From Basidiobolus meristosporus CBS 931.73 (taxonomy: Eukaryota; Fungi; Basidiobolomycota), in the NCBI GenBank assembly GCA_002104905.1, contig MCFE01000216.1, positions 62,001-126,000 on the forward strand: 64,000 nt of DNA, in the 5' to 3' direction. A program made the position numbers and the translations under genes. The notes under the pieces are model-generated. The model had not been told where the DNA came from. It saw only the letters and a program-made list of their open reading frames with translations, and did no database searches. Of the stretch, positions 22,987 through 35,880 are shown piece by piece (within the stretch, counting starts at the first letter, position 1; the number at the start of each line of letters is the position of its first letter).

Positions 22987-23777
22987 TTAGATGGAATCGG
23001 TAAGCAACTTGTTTAACTTGGCAACCTTGGAGGAAACAGACATATCGATGGTCTTGTCACCGAATTCAATCACAAGTCCACCGAGAATGGTGGGGTTGAC
23101 CTTGTTTTGAACGGTGAGTTTCTTGCTGCCGGCAAGAGATCCCTTGGTGAGGGAGTCTTGGAGTTGCTTCAATTGAGCAGGCTTGAGGGACTTGGCAGAG
23201 GTGACAGTCACCAAAACCTCACCACGGTGGGCCATCATGAGAGAGTTGAAGGAGTTGATGATCTTGGAGGTCTCGTTGAGACGTCCGTTTTCAGCAAGAA
23301 CGGTGAAGAGGTTCTTGGTGATGTCGGAGACCTTTTGGTCGCCAAGAAGCATATCAATACCGGCTCTCTTTTGCTCGCGCTTGAGGGTAGGGTTCTCAAG
23401 GAAGAATTGAACCTTCTCGCTCTTGTCGATGACTTGCTTGAGCTTGGTCAATTCACTTTCGACGGCATCAAGTTGGTTCTTCTTGGCAGCGGCGGTGAAA
23501 AGAGCGGTGGCGTAACGACCGTCAAGACCGAAGAGGGTAAGAGGGACCTACAAGAAGGCGTGGTGTGAGCAGTCCGCTTCCAAGTTCAACCAACATCCGA
23601 GCACATGCTGAGGTTACCTTAATGTTTTGTGCGGTGGCAAAGGTGCGAACAGAGCGCTTTGGGTGGCAAGAACAATAGAGGAGGATTAGTCAATCTGCAG
23701 CTGACACAACCATGCAGTAGAACGCATAATAATAATAATAATACCATAGGGGTGACGGCAACTCTAGCGAAGTTCAT
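22987..23777 (-). CDS. ATP5: ATP synthase OSCP/delta subunit, multi-exon
   Basis: LFGLDGRYATALFTAA, FTVLAENGRL, VNPTILGGLVIEFGDKTIDMSVSSK. Confidence 0.93.
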
Positions 23778-24319
23778 GTTTCTCGAGAAATAAGGAGGAG
23801 TGGAAAAGCGCAACAACAAGGCGGTATTCACAAGCAGAGTTAAAAGGCAGGGAAGTAAAGCTTTTGTGAATATACGCTATGCCCCCGTTCCTATATCCAA
23901 TCACCCCAAGAATCCGAGATTTCGCCCCACCTCGCATTCTTGAGGGATGGAATTTTTCACTAGTCCGAACATTACATGGATTCGGTGCGGTCGTAGGGCT
24001 TTCCCCAAGCTTTCGCTCACGAATGAGTTACACCTCCCCTTTTCATTGGCTGCAGGCCGGATATTGCGATGGAATTTTTTTACTCTTTTATTGACCAATT
24101 CTACAAAACCCCACCCACAATGGACGTTTAATTCAGTGGCTATTTAAGGATGTTTGATGATGATTTTGCTTAGTAAATCCGCTGGTATATTTTTTGCAAT
24201 AAACATGGAGTTACAGTAAGATTAAGGATTACTTCCGGCAGTTGAGAGTCAATCAACTCCACGGCAAAGGATGCAGAAGAGCAGGTGAAGTAAACTACGA
24301 ATCACGCGCGAGCGGCGCT

Positions 24320-25003
24320 TCAGTAATCATAATTTTCTCTGTTGAAGTTTGGATCCTGGGTGAAGGGGGCCAGCACTTTGCTGCCAGTTTGTAGTAAAGG
24401 ATGTCCAGCCACACTAAACAATGGTCAATCGAGTCAATAAACATGCTCCACTGGGGGTTGGGCACAGGGTTGGTCAGGAACACACTCACATTTGTAAAAA
24501 TCTCTCCAGGCCCTCTCTACGCTGTTCGATGACTTCGTCGGAGAACCGATTGGTGAACACCTTGCCAGGAAGAGGTGGGATGTTGACTCTGGGACATTCT
24601 CTCTCGAGGACATCCCGGAACCATTCAAAATCTCGATAGCGTCTACGGACTGTAGAGGTCTCTAATTTAAAGGCCGGGAGGTTGGTCTACAGAAGGTGAT
24701 TCCAAGATGAGTTTCCTAACCCTTTGCATCGAGAAAATTGCCAGAGTGTGCTCACTTACACGACACTGAATCTCGTAATCGGTATACATCTTGCGGCCAT
24801 AGCCTTATTCGGGAAGCAAGTTTGAAAGTCTTGTTTTCAGCAACCAGGAAAGAACTGTGTTGAGTAAAAGGAGAGTTACCATGGGTTTGAGGATTACGGA
24901 CTTCGATCTCCAGAAAATTCTCAGGAACCCCGTAGACATCATCGAGTGATTGCTCTTTTATTTGTGGCCTTGTACTGTCACCGAAAGCGCGAAAAGCTGC
25001 CAT
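24320..25003 (-). CDS. SNX3: Sorting nexin 3 (PX domain), multi-exon
   Basis: [75 protein letters not shown]. Confidence 0.93.
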
Positions 25004-25283
25004 CTTTGGAAGAGAGTAAGTTGGAGTACGGAAAAACAACGGTGGGGGAGCGTTTTAGAAGTTTTCCTACAGAGCTAGAAATGTAGGGTACCAAGTATCG
25101 ATATCAATGGATATTCTCAATGGTTTAATGAATGAATGCTGATGTTATTCACAGTTACAAATCTAACTAGTTTCAAGATGAATCAGGTCTATGTTAACCA
25201 CGCCACCAATCAATTGTTAGGAACGTTTCTGGTTGAGAGTTTATACATGATCAATGGGAATTAGTGTAATATGCCTCGACGAG

Positions 25284-26306
25284 TTATATGTCTTTGACAA
25301 TTGAGTCGGGTGGTGCTGCCTTGTAGGTGATTTGGTACACTGTATTGATGAAAGGGAACAGCTGAATCTTCTCCTTCTGAACCAGGTGGTTGTAGACTCT
25401 CTGTATGGTGACTGGCCCTTGAAGCTTTTGCCCGTTCAGGAGTTCGTCTTCTAGAACGTTGAAGGGCTTTCCTGTCTTCACGAAAGCCTCGCCTAGCTTG
25501 CGGTTGCGACCAGCATAGTAGAGCGAAATCATTTCCGCTATCCCACAGCTCTCGTAGAACGTCTCTTTTTTCACTTCAGGGTAGAACGTTTTCGCGAACT
25601 TTATGATTTCCATCAGGCCGATTCGAACTATGGCTGCCTTGGTATTGCCCCCAAGATCGAGGCCGTCCACAATCCCCGCGGCGATACCCAAAATGTGCTT
25701 CAAGGCTCCACATAGCTCCACACCGATGATGTCGTTGACTACGTTGATACTAAGGTACGAGGTGCTGAAGAGCTTCTCGAAAAGCTTCCCGTGTTCGTAC
25801 ACCCGAGTGCCGATAGTGGTTTCGCAAAAGCTCTCGGCAGCCACCTCTGAGGCCACGTTGGCGCCGGACATAACGCTAACGTCGATGTCGAGAAGTTCCT
25901 CGATCACTTCGGAGAAGAAGCGAATACCACTGAAAGAAGAGTCAAGACCCTTGATTAGAGAAATAGCTATAGCATCTGGTCGGATATGGCCAACCATTCG
26001 GCGAAGGATCTCTTTCAGGAATTGCGGAGGGAGAACAAAGACAAGCACTGTAGCATCCTGGATACATTCGATGAGGTTTGAGTTGGCAACCACGTTCTTG
26101 GGCAGTGCCACGCCGGGCAAATATCTGACATTTTCATGTTTCGTATTGATGATATCAGCCAGGCTCTGGCCACCGACGAGCTCATCATGCACCCACATGT
26201 ACACCTCATCGCTCAACTCCTCGTGCTTTGTGACATTGATGCCAATAATCTTCGCAGCAACGGAGCCCCAGTTCCCCGACCCAACTATGCATACTCTTTC
26301 GGCCAT
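25284..26306 (-). CDS. GPD: NAD-dependent glycerol-3-phosphate dehydrogenase homolog, intronless, with divergent active site
   Basis: IVGSGNWG, ISLIKG, MSGANVASEVA, ELCGALK, NTKAAIVRIGLME, ESCGIAEM...GRNR, LNGQKLQG. Confidence 0.9.
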   Translation of the reverse strand: MAERVCIVGSGNWGSVAAKIIGINVTKHEELSDEVYMWVHDELVGGQSLADIINTKHENVRYLPGVALPKNVVANSNLIECIQDATVLVFVLPPQFLKEILRRMVGHIRPDAIAISLIKGLDSSFSGIRFFSEVIEELLDIDVSVMSGANVASEVAAESFCETTIGTRVYEHGKLFEKLFSTSYLSINVVNDIIGVELCGALKHILGIAAGIVDGLDLGGNTKAAIVRIGLMEIIKFAKTFYPEVKKETFYESCGIAEMISLYYAGRNRKLGEAFVKTGKPFNVLEDELLNGQKLQGPVTIQRVYNHLVQKEKIQLFPFINTVYQITYKAAPPDSIVKDI

Positions 26307-26750
26307 AAGTAACAGCTAAGATAGCAGGTGAAAGTACTAAGCGAATATTTTGGCATCCACCCGCCTTTATATATTCAAGGAAGGGCTCCGCGGTGCACAA
26401 CCGCCGCTGCCTCGAACTCCGAGGGGACAATGGGAAATTATATGCACAGAGTTAGAAAGGTATGCTATCATAAGAGAAACCCCGACTCCCAATTCAGGGC
26501 GAAAGGTTTAGGATTGTGTTGGTGAATGTGATGAAGAAATGACCCAATTTGTATGGGAGGTCAGCAATCCTAAGATTGAATTTGAACTATTGGTCGAGGG
26601 GTTGGCTGCCTAGGCACGGATGAATATGCGGTAGGGTCTCCACTACACGGATGCTCGAGTAAACCTTAATGGCTTCGAGGAAAATGTTTTTCCGTTTTAT
26701 TGAAGTGGGTCATTTGATCAGTGGAGTGAGATGGATTTTCGAGGAGATAT

Positions 26751-27539
26751 TCATTGGGTTGCTGATAAATAGGGATTGGCCTCCCAAGATTGAGGTTGCG
26801 TATCGACGATCGCCGAGGCGACGGGGTCCTCCCTACACCGATCTGAGCCACTTTCCCAGTACCAGCCATTCTTGCGCCAGAGTGCATATTTGTACCGGAT
26901 GTTTCGCATCTCACTGCGTGCCAGTTCATTCACGCCTATGGATACCTCGTGGTGTGTCCCGACTGCTATAAGTTCTAAACCGGAGCTGGGAACCCAGTTG
27001 CCAAGTAATTCGTGGCCTCCACAAACATAGATTTTATCCTCGGCTTGCAGGGTGACATCGAGCAGTTTGAAAGTAAGGACTCGCACGTCCCGTGTGGCAG
27101 ACTCTAGGATGTAATCCAAAGTTCTCGCGTAGTCTAGGTTGGGCCGGCTCTTCAGCCCACCCAGGCCATTTCCAATGAGGTCCAGAAATGGCTTGTGTTC
27201 TTCCAAGCAAAGTCGATACTTGTTCACCAATAGCTCGCTCTCCTCCTGGCGACGTTTATACTGGCCTACTAAAGACTCGTTCTCTTCTAGACGACGCTTG
27301 TAGGAGGCGATCAAGGTTTTGAGATCCCCTATTTCCTGCGTCTGATGGTGTCGGCTTTCACGGTGCTCACAGTCGGTGGTTTTGAGCTTCTTGTTCTCTG
27401 CTTCCAGCAGCAGCAGCTTCGCCTTCAACCGGTCTAATTCATTTTGGGCTTCGGCTAGGGGGGATGGGTTGGGTGGGAGATAAAGAGACTTGAGCCCTTT
27501 CCAAGTGTTGGCGAAGAGGAAGAAAAGTCCGTTAAGCAT
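26751..27539 (-). CDS. Coiled-coil protein with C-terminal CBM20 starch/glycogen-binding domain, intronless
   Basis: LTFKL..IYVCGGHELLGNW..IRYKY..YWESGSDR matches the CBM20 pattern; heptad-rich residues about 26-105; hydrophobic N-terminus. Confidence 0.75.
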   Translation of the reverse strand: MLNGLFFLFANTWKGLKSLYLPPNPSPLAEAQNELDRLKAKLLLLEAENKKLKTTDCEHRESRHHQTQEIGDLKTLIASYKRRLEENESLVGQYKRRQEESELLVNKYRLCLEEHKPFLDLIGNGLGGLKSRPNLDYARTLDYILESATRDVRVLTFKLLDVTLQAEDKIYVCGGHELLGNWVPSSGLELIAVGTHHEVSIGVNELARSEMRNIRYKYALWRKNGWYWESGSDRCREDPVASAIVDTQPQSWEANPYLSATQ

Positions 27540-28143
27540 CGATGGTCAGCAACGAGAAAAAATCTATATCATCGTCACCGCGAAGGCGTCTGAAATATGT
27601 TCCTTCTGCTGTGGCGAACATTGTTGATCAATCATATATTTATAGTGAATTCCTGAGATGAATCTGGATCGATCCTGTTGGAAGGCAGTGGGTGAACGAA
27701 CATACACGACATAAATGGGAAGTCATCAAAAAATGGTGAAATCAGTGTATCAATGAACAGTGGAATCTGGTTATCTACGCAGATCTATCGAAGCCTAAAT
27801 TCATCGGGGTCGCCACGAAATCCGATCAATTCTCAGGTAACATTAGGATCATTTTGACAAGATAGTGGTAGTGGTACATCACTCATCACCCATCGCCCAT
27901 CACCTATCACCTATCATCCATCAACCCAGAAAGCCCAGCCTAAGATATATTCACTTGACATTGCCCCTCTTTTTGGCAAGAATGATGACTTTGATTCCGT
28001 ATACACTGATTGTGCTCGGTGGACGGGCTTATCAATGTACTCCAAACACTTTTCTAGATTCTACGATAAGTGAAAACTCGGCTTGGGTGATTCGCCTTTA
28101 TTGGGGATAGATTCAATGGGCGGCCTTCATAATTAATCATGGA

Positions 28144-31100
28144 TTACGGTTGATGCGAAGCAGTCCCAGATCTGCTCAATTTCTCCTGTCGTTTTTGTTG
28201 TCTGAACGCCAGGATCTTCTCCTTCAATTCGGTGTCTGTCGACAGAGAGGTTAGATTGTTTGGCGACAATGGATCAAATCAACGGCACTTACTTGGTATC
28301 ACCATGTCGATGGTCAAAGGCTTGCGGTTAAATGGATCAATGGAATCACTTAGGAGATGTGATTTGATGGTAGATCTGTCAACAGTAATGTTGGATGTGG
28401 GCAGGATGACTGGGTCTTCCATGACCGAGTACATCAATGGATCCAGGAACTCATCAGGCACTTCGCCCAGCTCTTCCTCTTCATCCATTTCCGACATTCT
28501 CTTTGTCTCCACCTCGTTGACCAAGTTTCTCAACGACATGATTTCGTCTGGTAGCTTCAGTCCAAATCTGGACATGATTCCGGCGGCCTTGATAAACAGC
28601 TCTTTCTGGTAACTGCGTGTATCTCTGGCAATGGCTTGCACAAACTCAGGGCAATTAAGGTGCAAATACACCGACACGATGTCGGACAGCAATTGGCGTG
28701 GGTTGAATTGGTACTTCTCTGGATCGCGCACCTTCAGTTCTGTGCACTTCGGCCCGACCATGCTGTTCAGGTTGTAGTTCAGCATAGCAGCCAATCTATC
28801 TACGATTTCGGGGGTCATGAATGGTTCGACAATGGATTCGGTCAAATAGCACAACATGTTGACCGTCTCGTTTCCAAGTGCGATGCAAGATTGGGCTTGG
28901 CGTTCATCCTGCTGCAACAACGCCTCCCTTTCTGAGCGCTCTTGGTTCGGCCTCTGGTTCCACGCCTCCGTGTTGGCCATCTCCTTCTGGATAGTGTGTA
29001 TCTCAGCGAGCTTGCTCAATCCTTCGTCCAACAGGTAGGTGGTATCGTTGATCAATAGATTCACGAATCTGACAAATGTTTCGCTTCTACTTTCCTTCAC
29101 CAATTTCTCTCGGTGGAATTGATTTTTCCATGCTGCCTTCAGAACCTGCGATATGTTGTAGCGTATGTTGAACTTGTCGTAGAATTGTGAATGCAGCCCG
29201 GTTTGCTCGACCTCCACATAGAACTTCATCAAAGAGGGCATCAAGTGCTGCAGGGCCAGTGCGTTCGTATCGAAGTAGGCGGCCAGTCCGCCAAGAGGCT
29301 CGCCAGGGAATGGCAGGTGAAGAAGAAGAGAATCTCCACCAGCTTAGCCTTGAGGTAGGGGTTTTTGATGTACTTGGTATTTCCAATAAAGGTGACGATG
29401 AAGTTGATCAAATCATCGCATGAGGAGGACTGGGTGAAAAGACTTGGGTTGTATCTGGCAACAAATAGGAAGAATTCGGCGATGTCTTCAATGATGTACT
29501 CGGGAAGCATGGCAAATCTTGGTGGGATCTCAGCGGGCAAGGGCAGATTGATACGGGTCCATGGGTGTTGTTGCTTGGGGTCCACGAGACGGATCAACCA
29601 ATTCATCACAAAACTATAGAACCTCATTGAATCCAAGAGTAGTTGTGACTCCAACAGTTGGGTATCTAAGCAGAGTTTGTGAGTCATTTGCTTCTCCAAC
29701 TGGGCCTTACACCTTTTGAGGATCTCTTCATTCAAGGCCGCGGTGGGGGTGTTTGCCCAGCGTGGGGCGTCCTCCTTCATGCGTTCGTACTGTTTACGCA
29801 TCTCAGAGAAGTCGCGAATGAAGTTGTTGTAATAAGCAAAGCTACGAAGCAAGCCGTAATGATGAAACTCGATCGTAAGGAAGAACACATCAGAAATGAA
29901 GTTCGGTGCTATGGAATAAGGTGTATGAGCAACCGCCATTTTTGCCGCACCATAATGGCACCTACCTTTACTATCTTCAGCGGACTGCTTATAGTAGCTG
30001 TCGGATTCATCTTGGGTGGCATTGATTTTGGTGGTTTCGGCAATATCGATCAGATCCGACTTTCGGAAGTAGTCCGGATCAACTCGATCTATCTGTTGAT
30101 GTATTAAGGTTAGGGGGCTTCCACAAACAAACGCCATGCATGGTTATTTACCTTGGAGGATTTTGCATCCAAAAACGGATCACAAAACTTGAGCAAGGTA
30201 GTGGTTAAGTTGGTCATATATCCATCTGAGGAGACGGTCTTTCTGTCGACCTAGTGTTTCGTTTGAAGCCTTAGTACCCGTCACCCTGGTAACGTAATCA
30301 AAGGGTAGCAGACCTGCATCTGTGCTCTCTTCTCGTTCTTCTTGATCACCTCTGCATAATACTTCAACAGGCTCTGTCTAGACTCTGGGGATGCTCTCAC
30401 AATGGAGTTCATGATGTTGAAAAGAGTGCTCTTTTCGAGAGAAATCAGCCAAGGTGATGGTCTAGACACCGCAATTTTGATGAACTCGTACCTGCAAGTT
30501 CTGAAGTGTCCCCCGAAGAGACATCATGGACGACTGAACATCCGCGTGAGTTTTTGTGCTTGGGTTGGAAAAATACAGATCGGCGATAGATGGCTTGATA
30601 GGAGGTCGGTGAGTATGTGGCTGCTTTCAGTTCAGCTACAAGTTATATTTACATCATCCTCCGGGAACACAGATAGCTTGAAAAAGGGCCCAAGCAGCGT
30701 TGCCAGCTCTAATGTTCTGGGCGGCAAGTTTTCTGGATTCCAATTTGGCATTTTTGGAAGCTACGCCAGGTTAATACTGGGACTCACTCGTGTTTATGGT
30801 GCCAGTATACTACTTACTGCTACCGCCAAGGGCTTGATGCTAGTCAGTATAGAGAGCGTCTAGAAGGTACAAATTAGCGACCCCTCAACAAAGCGATCCA
30901 CATCCAAGAAAGTAGTTACCCGCAGTGGGGTTCTGAATTCTGTCAACAGCGTTTGTGAGCGCATCACTGCCGAAATTCCGGTGAACGCTGGCCCTAATAC
31001 CTAAAGCTTAAGTATTAGTACAGGCCTAGTGACTGCAGGTAGACATGGTTTGCGAATACCTCTTCTATTCCATCTTCTTGAAATCTAACACACAATTCCT

Positions 31101-31909
31101 CCAAAAATTCCAATGGCACCCCTTCTGGACTATCCGGATCTTTCAGTAACTTGGGCACGATGATGGCCCCGCCAAGTTCAATAACGCTGAAGAGCATTTA
31201 GCGCAAAGCATTTCATAGCATCGAGTGACTCTCCATACCTATCTTGCTGTGGGAACATTTCAGGCATTTGCAACACGATTCCGGCATACGACACGCTCAA
31301 TCTCTTAATAGCCTCGAGGACTTGTACTCTCTCTTGAGCCACTTGTTCGCCCAGGCTCTAGAACCAGACGTGAGTAACTAACCCTCGGGCGGTTGTTGAG
31401 CGAGGGAGGGAAATACCTTTTGTCGACTCAGTGTACCACGCTTTATTTCGCTGGCGCGCTTCCAACAACCCAACAGATAATCGAAAAGAGGGATGCCAAG
31501 TTGTTGTGGGGTGGGGGATTTTGGAGCATCCTCCTCCATCAAAGAACTACCATTAGGATCATACGATAACCGTGCGATCATTGTTCTATCTAACAGATCT
31601 TGAGTAATCCTCAAGTTGGAAGTGCCTATACACTGGTGAGCAAATCGAGGTATTTCGGTGCATAGCAAGGGACCAACATACCCAACTCTTCTTGCAACTC
31701 CACCGATAGATCGTTTAAATAAAGTTTACTTTGGTCAGCTTCAGAATGCTTACGCAAGATGTAAAAGGTTGGTAAGTTTCTCAAGTCGCCAGTAAGATAT
31801 CCCATATAGAACAACCCCAAGAGATACTCACATTCAAAGTGACTTGAAGCACCCGTGAGATGGCGCTGTTTTGCCAATCCAAGAAATCTTTCACAGGTTT
31901 CTGCTCCAT
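28144..31909 (-). CDS. UFD2: U-box E4 ubiquitin-conjugation factor, multi-exon
   Basis: MEQKP..WQNSAISRVLQVTLN, NPYLKAKLVE, FYDKFNIRY, FVRFVNLLINDTTYLLDE, U-box VPDEFLDPLM..MEDPVILP. Confidence 0.95.
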
Positions 31910-32473
31910 ACGAAAGTGGTTGAGCGAACAGGCTTTTAAAAGTGGTGGTTGTGTTTGTGTTTGTGGTGGTTGTGTGGTAACAGGAAAGTGGAGCCGCTTC
32001 TAGACGTCAAGACTAGATTGACTAATAAATAGGAAATGAAATATGCTGTACCGCAACTTGATATTTCCTATTATTGATGACGACTCTCGAATATTAATGA
32101 GATATCATGGTTCTTGTTGCTCGGATGGATTAGGATGAAATATCTCCGTTTAAATATGGTTTAAATCGATTCAGAGCGACGCAACTTATTGACGTTCTGG
32201 CTATCCTGAGTCACCTAGCCAAAGCCAAGCCATGCTATCACCAATTCCCTCCACGAACACGATCATATCTGAGAAGGCCATAATTTATTTTCTGCCACAG
32301 AACAGTATCGAAGTGGATGAACAAGCCCGTATGAATTCAAACGAATTACCGAAATGTTCGACACGCGAGGGGATATACTCCTCCCGACGCTCCCCTACTC
32401 TGTCCAAGGAAGAGAAAACGTAAAATGGAAACATGTGGATGGTCAGCATTAAGCAAGATGCCGTTGTGCTGTT

Positions 32474-33823
32474 TTAAAAGAAGACGGCGCCCAACAAGAA
32501 CGAGGCAACCGAGATCACTAGGACCAACTGCAGTGGGAAGGTTTGATCGCTGTAGGGCTGAAGTAACAAAGAGTGCGTCTGGGCATGAGTCTTTTGTGCC
32601 GATACTTCCTTGCTTGCCTTTTCGGAGGTGGCTGGTTGGCGCTAGAAATTCGAATGTATTTAATATACTGGTACAGATCCAGGAACAATAAATGATTTAC
32701 ATACGTTGCGAATGGATTGTTGGTTCAACTGGCTCTCTAATCTCTGGATTTTGGCTTCGGCCTAGGAGGCAAGCGTCAATATCATTGACATACTGAGAAT
32801 GCGGAATATCAAGTAGGATAGTTACTTCGATTAATTGTCTTTTTAGGTCCTGGTCCTCTTGCTTGGGGGAAACGTGTGCGCTCTAACAACCCAATATGTA
32901 AGTGAAACGGAGCACATTACCGAAAACATTGCCATAGTCACCTCCTCCCTGGTGGTCTCAGGTTTGCTGAGAGGGGCTTGGCTGAGTGTGCTCTCTGGGA
33001 TATCAGACAGAGTTGAGGGAATAGCCGTTAGCGACTCAACTGGTGAACCAATTATAGGGCTGGCGTTTGAGGATTGAGTTAGAGAGGCAGTGGCGGGCGT
33101 GATTTCCTGGTAGGACGGGGGAAGTTGAGAATCGTTCAAAGGATTAATATCTCTCTCCTCCTAGCCAGACATAATATTTCAGAAATTTAAACGAAGACTA
33201 AGGAAATCGAGCTTTTTACCTCTTCGTGACCGGCAGGGGGAAGATAGGAGCATCGAAGTTTACGCTCATTAATACTACTCTTATCCGCTGTTTCAATAGA
33301 GCTCCACTAAGAAGCAAAAGTAAGAGACCAGGGGCTTTTAAAAAGATATGCTGAGCATTTCAGTACCAGCTCTTGAAGATTTTGTGTCTCCTTGTCAGGA
33401 GTGATGGCAATGCTTTGAACAAGGAATTTATCCTTGCATTTGAAGTCAAGTGGTGGATCCTCTTTCAGGGGCTGCAAGATGACTACGATGAGTAATGAGA
33501 CAAGGTTTGTATGACTTCAATATGGATTCTGATGGGATGTTGAGCTTGGAGAATACCTTGCACTTGAACCTCTTGTCCACTTTCGATGCGTCCGGCATTG
33601 GGGCGTACACAATACTGCTTGGGTGCGGTGGTTTTTACCTTGAAGGCCACTGGCTCTTGTGAGGTGTTACGAAGAACTAGCACATCTTGGGTCAAGGTAG
33701 TCAGAGGTCCTAACGATCAAAGCACAACCAAAAGTTAACGCGAACGCATCTAGATGGGAAGATGAAGGCGAACCACTTACTTCTAAAAGAAAGTTGAGTA
33801 GCTGGTTCAATTTGAAGTGACAT
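32474..33823 (-). CDS. SCS2: VAP/SCS2 ER membrane protein (MSP domain, coiled coil, C-terminal TM), multi-exon
   Basis: VAFKVKTTAPKQYCVRPNAG and DFKCKDKFLVQS. Splicing gives a terminal TM segment FPLQLVLVISVASFLLGAVFF*. Confidence 0.9.
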
Positions 33824-34813
33824 TCGAAGTGGTACAGCCGAGAATTGCTTGTGAAGGGAAGGGTTTTCAGACTTTCAAATAAACTGGAAAAGGGAGCTCT
33901 CGTTTATTGGGGATATAACGATTCACTACTTGTTGTGGAATGATGTATTAGCATTACCAAAGATTCCTACCTGACTGTCTGAAAAATCTCAGCATCACCA
34001 CATTGGATTCATCCAATTGGTCCAGATTCTCTGATTTGATTTGTTAACATACATGGTATATTGTTATCACCACTCGACCATCATGTGAAGTTGGCTCTGA
34101 TGGAAGGATCCGAGTAATATAAATAGACTAACGAACTGCATGATTGTAGTTAAATGGTTTTTTATTTATAAAATGACAATAAAAATAAAGACTCATCCTT
34201 ATCACCACCATTTGGTTATCTTCGATGTCAGACACCTCAAACCATTTTAAAAAAACCCAGAACTTTACCTTATTTAGTGCTCATGACAAGGCACTCTTGG
34301 TGGGATATCTTACGTATTCGAATATATAGGAATATATGAATACTTACTCTTTTCCAACTATACCGTACCTTTCGTAGAGAAAAGGAACTCAATTTCTAAG
34401 TGAAATTCTTGCACACAAACATGGAGTGACCTCCACGAATGTGCGCAGCTGTAATGCTCACCATAAGGAAGTGTTCGCATGTGTAATCATTGTTGGAAAA
34501 GGACACGGAACCTCTGGCATTGCTTTCATGATTTGGACTTACCAATGTACAGTGAATTGGTGTCTAGTGCCAACCCCTTGGCAACACTAGAACATTTGAT
34601 TGTCTGGGTTTTCATACTCGACAAATCAATGAAGCAACTATAATTCATCGATGAAGCTAAGCTCACACGATACTCAGCTAGGGGGTCGAGTCCGTGCAGA
34701 GCCGCTTACATCTAGTGAGGTCCGGAATGCTTGAATGAGGATGAGTGAAGAAGAATCAATGAAAAATGTACAAAATTGAGAAACAATGGTTAGACTTGAT
34801 CAGCCAGTCTGAT

Positions 34814-35194
34814 CTAATAGGCAACGATGGAGTAGCGTTGAGTGGATTTGAATCCGGATTTGATGATACTTGGGTATCCCTTGGGCATAATTGGCAGAAT
34901 TGCGTTGTTCTTCTTGTGAAGCTTCAATGTGAATGGAACATCAGCGGTAGTAAGCGGCTTGTGCTCAGCTGGAGTGGCTCTGTTGTTGCCGAATGAGGTG
35001 AAGCGATTTGATTTGAGGCTTGATGTGAAGGTGGCAGAGGCAGCGAGGGTGTTAGTAATTGGTTTCGCAGGATTGGCTTTGATACTCAGTGTTGAGCCGG
35101 CAATGCGATCCTTCTGACGGCAAATCTCACTACAGTAGAGAAGTCCGGAAGTTTCAACATGCTTGCCACAGAAAGTACACCAGTCAGAATCCAT
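34814..35194 (-). CDS. Ecl1-like small protein (126 aa)
   Basis: N-terminal WCTFCGKHV..LLYCSEICRQKD zinc-binding motif typical of the fungal Ecl1 family, followed by a Ser/Thr-rich tail. Confidence 0.75.
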   Translation of the reverse strand: MDSDWCTFCGKHVETSGLLYCSEICRQKDRIAGSTLSIKANPAKPITNTLAASATFTSSLKSNRFTSFGNNRATPAEHKPLTTADVPFTLKLHKKNNAILPIMPKGYPSIIKSGFKSTQRYSIVAY

Positions 35195-35880
35195 TTTGAT
35201 AATTTGTGAATAGAGTATTTGAAACGAATATATGCTTTTGAGAAATATCTCGGTGAAGAGCAATCAACCGGGAAGCCTGACTTTTATAAGGCTGAAGATC
35301 TAGGGTGCCCATGAGTTTTTTCTCTGATATTCTGGGACTTTCAATTCCTATCTATGGCATTTGCGTTCAATTCTGACAAATTACCCATCCACCTTAAGGG
35401 TGATTGGTTGCCAACCTTCTAAGAAATTCTGGCCACATCTCAATTAAAGTCCGATAAATTCCTCCAATTGACGAATCACAAGGAATTCTGAAGGGAATTG
35501 CGGATGAGCGATAGTGATGCAGTGAGTATTTTTGGCAGTAATCTGCCGAGTTCATTTAGTGCGCTTTTCTATAGCAGTCTATCGTCCCCAAAATTTGCTG
35601 AGATTTGAATCTTTTTTCAAGATTGACGAAACGTAGTACTAACCTTTCGATTGTCAGATGAATGACAAGCACAGTAACCAAAGGCTCCATCGGGATTCGC
35701 TGCATCACCAACCAACCTCACTGGTGTATCATATTGAAACATCAATTGAAACTTGACGAAATTGAAACACTCGGAGATTGTGGCTTGGCAAAATGTCAAC
35801 TCCAACCTCGCATCAAATATGATAAAAAGGCTGTGTACACTCGACCAGCAACACTTACATTCTTCCTTGGCGTTTAGAAA

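Noticed and set aside
19790-31980. Short microsatellite-like tracts (AATCC near 19795, GCCCAC near 19863, GAGCAT near 21623, CCATCA-like near 27885, GT-rich near 31942)
   Set aside because: Only 3-5 imperfect units in UTRs or introns; ordinary.
32843-32945. Apparent C-terminal TM of the ORF 32843-33139
   Set aside because: It is intron read-through; proper splicing continues SCS2 to a canonical TM ending at 32474.
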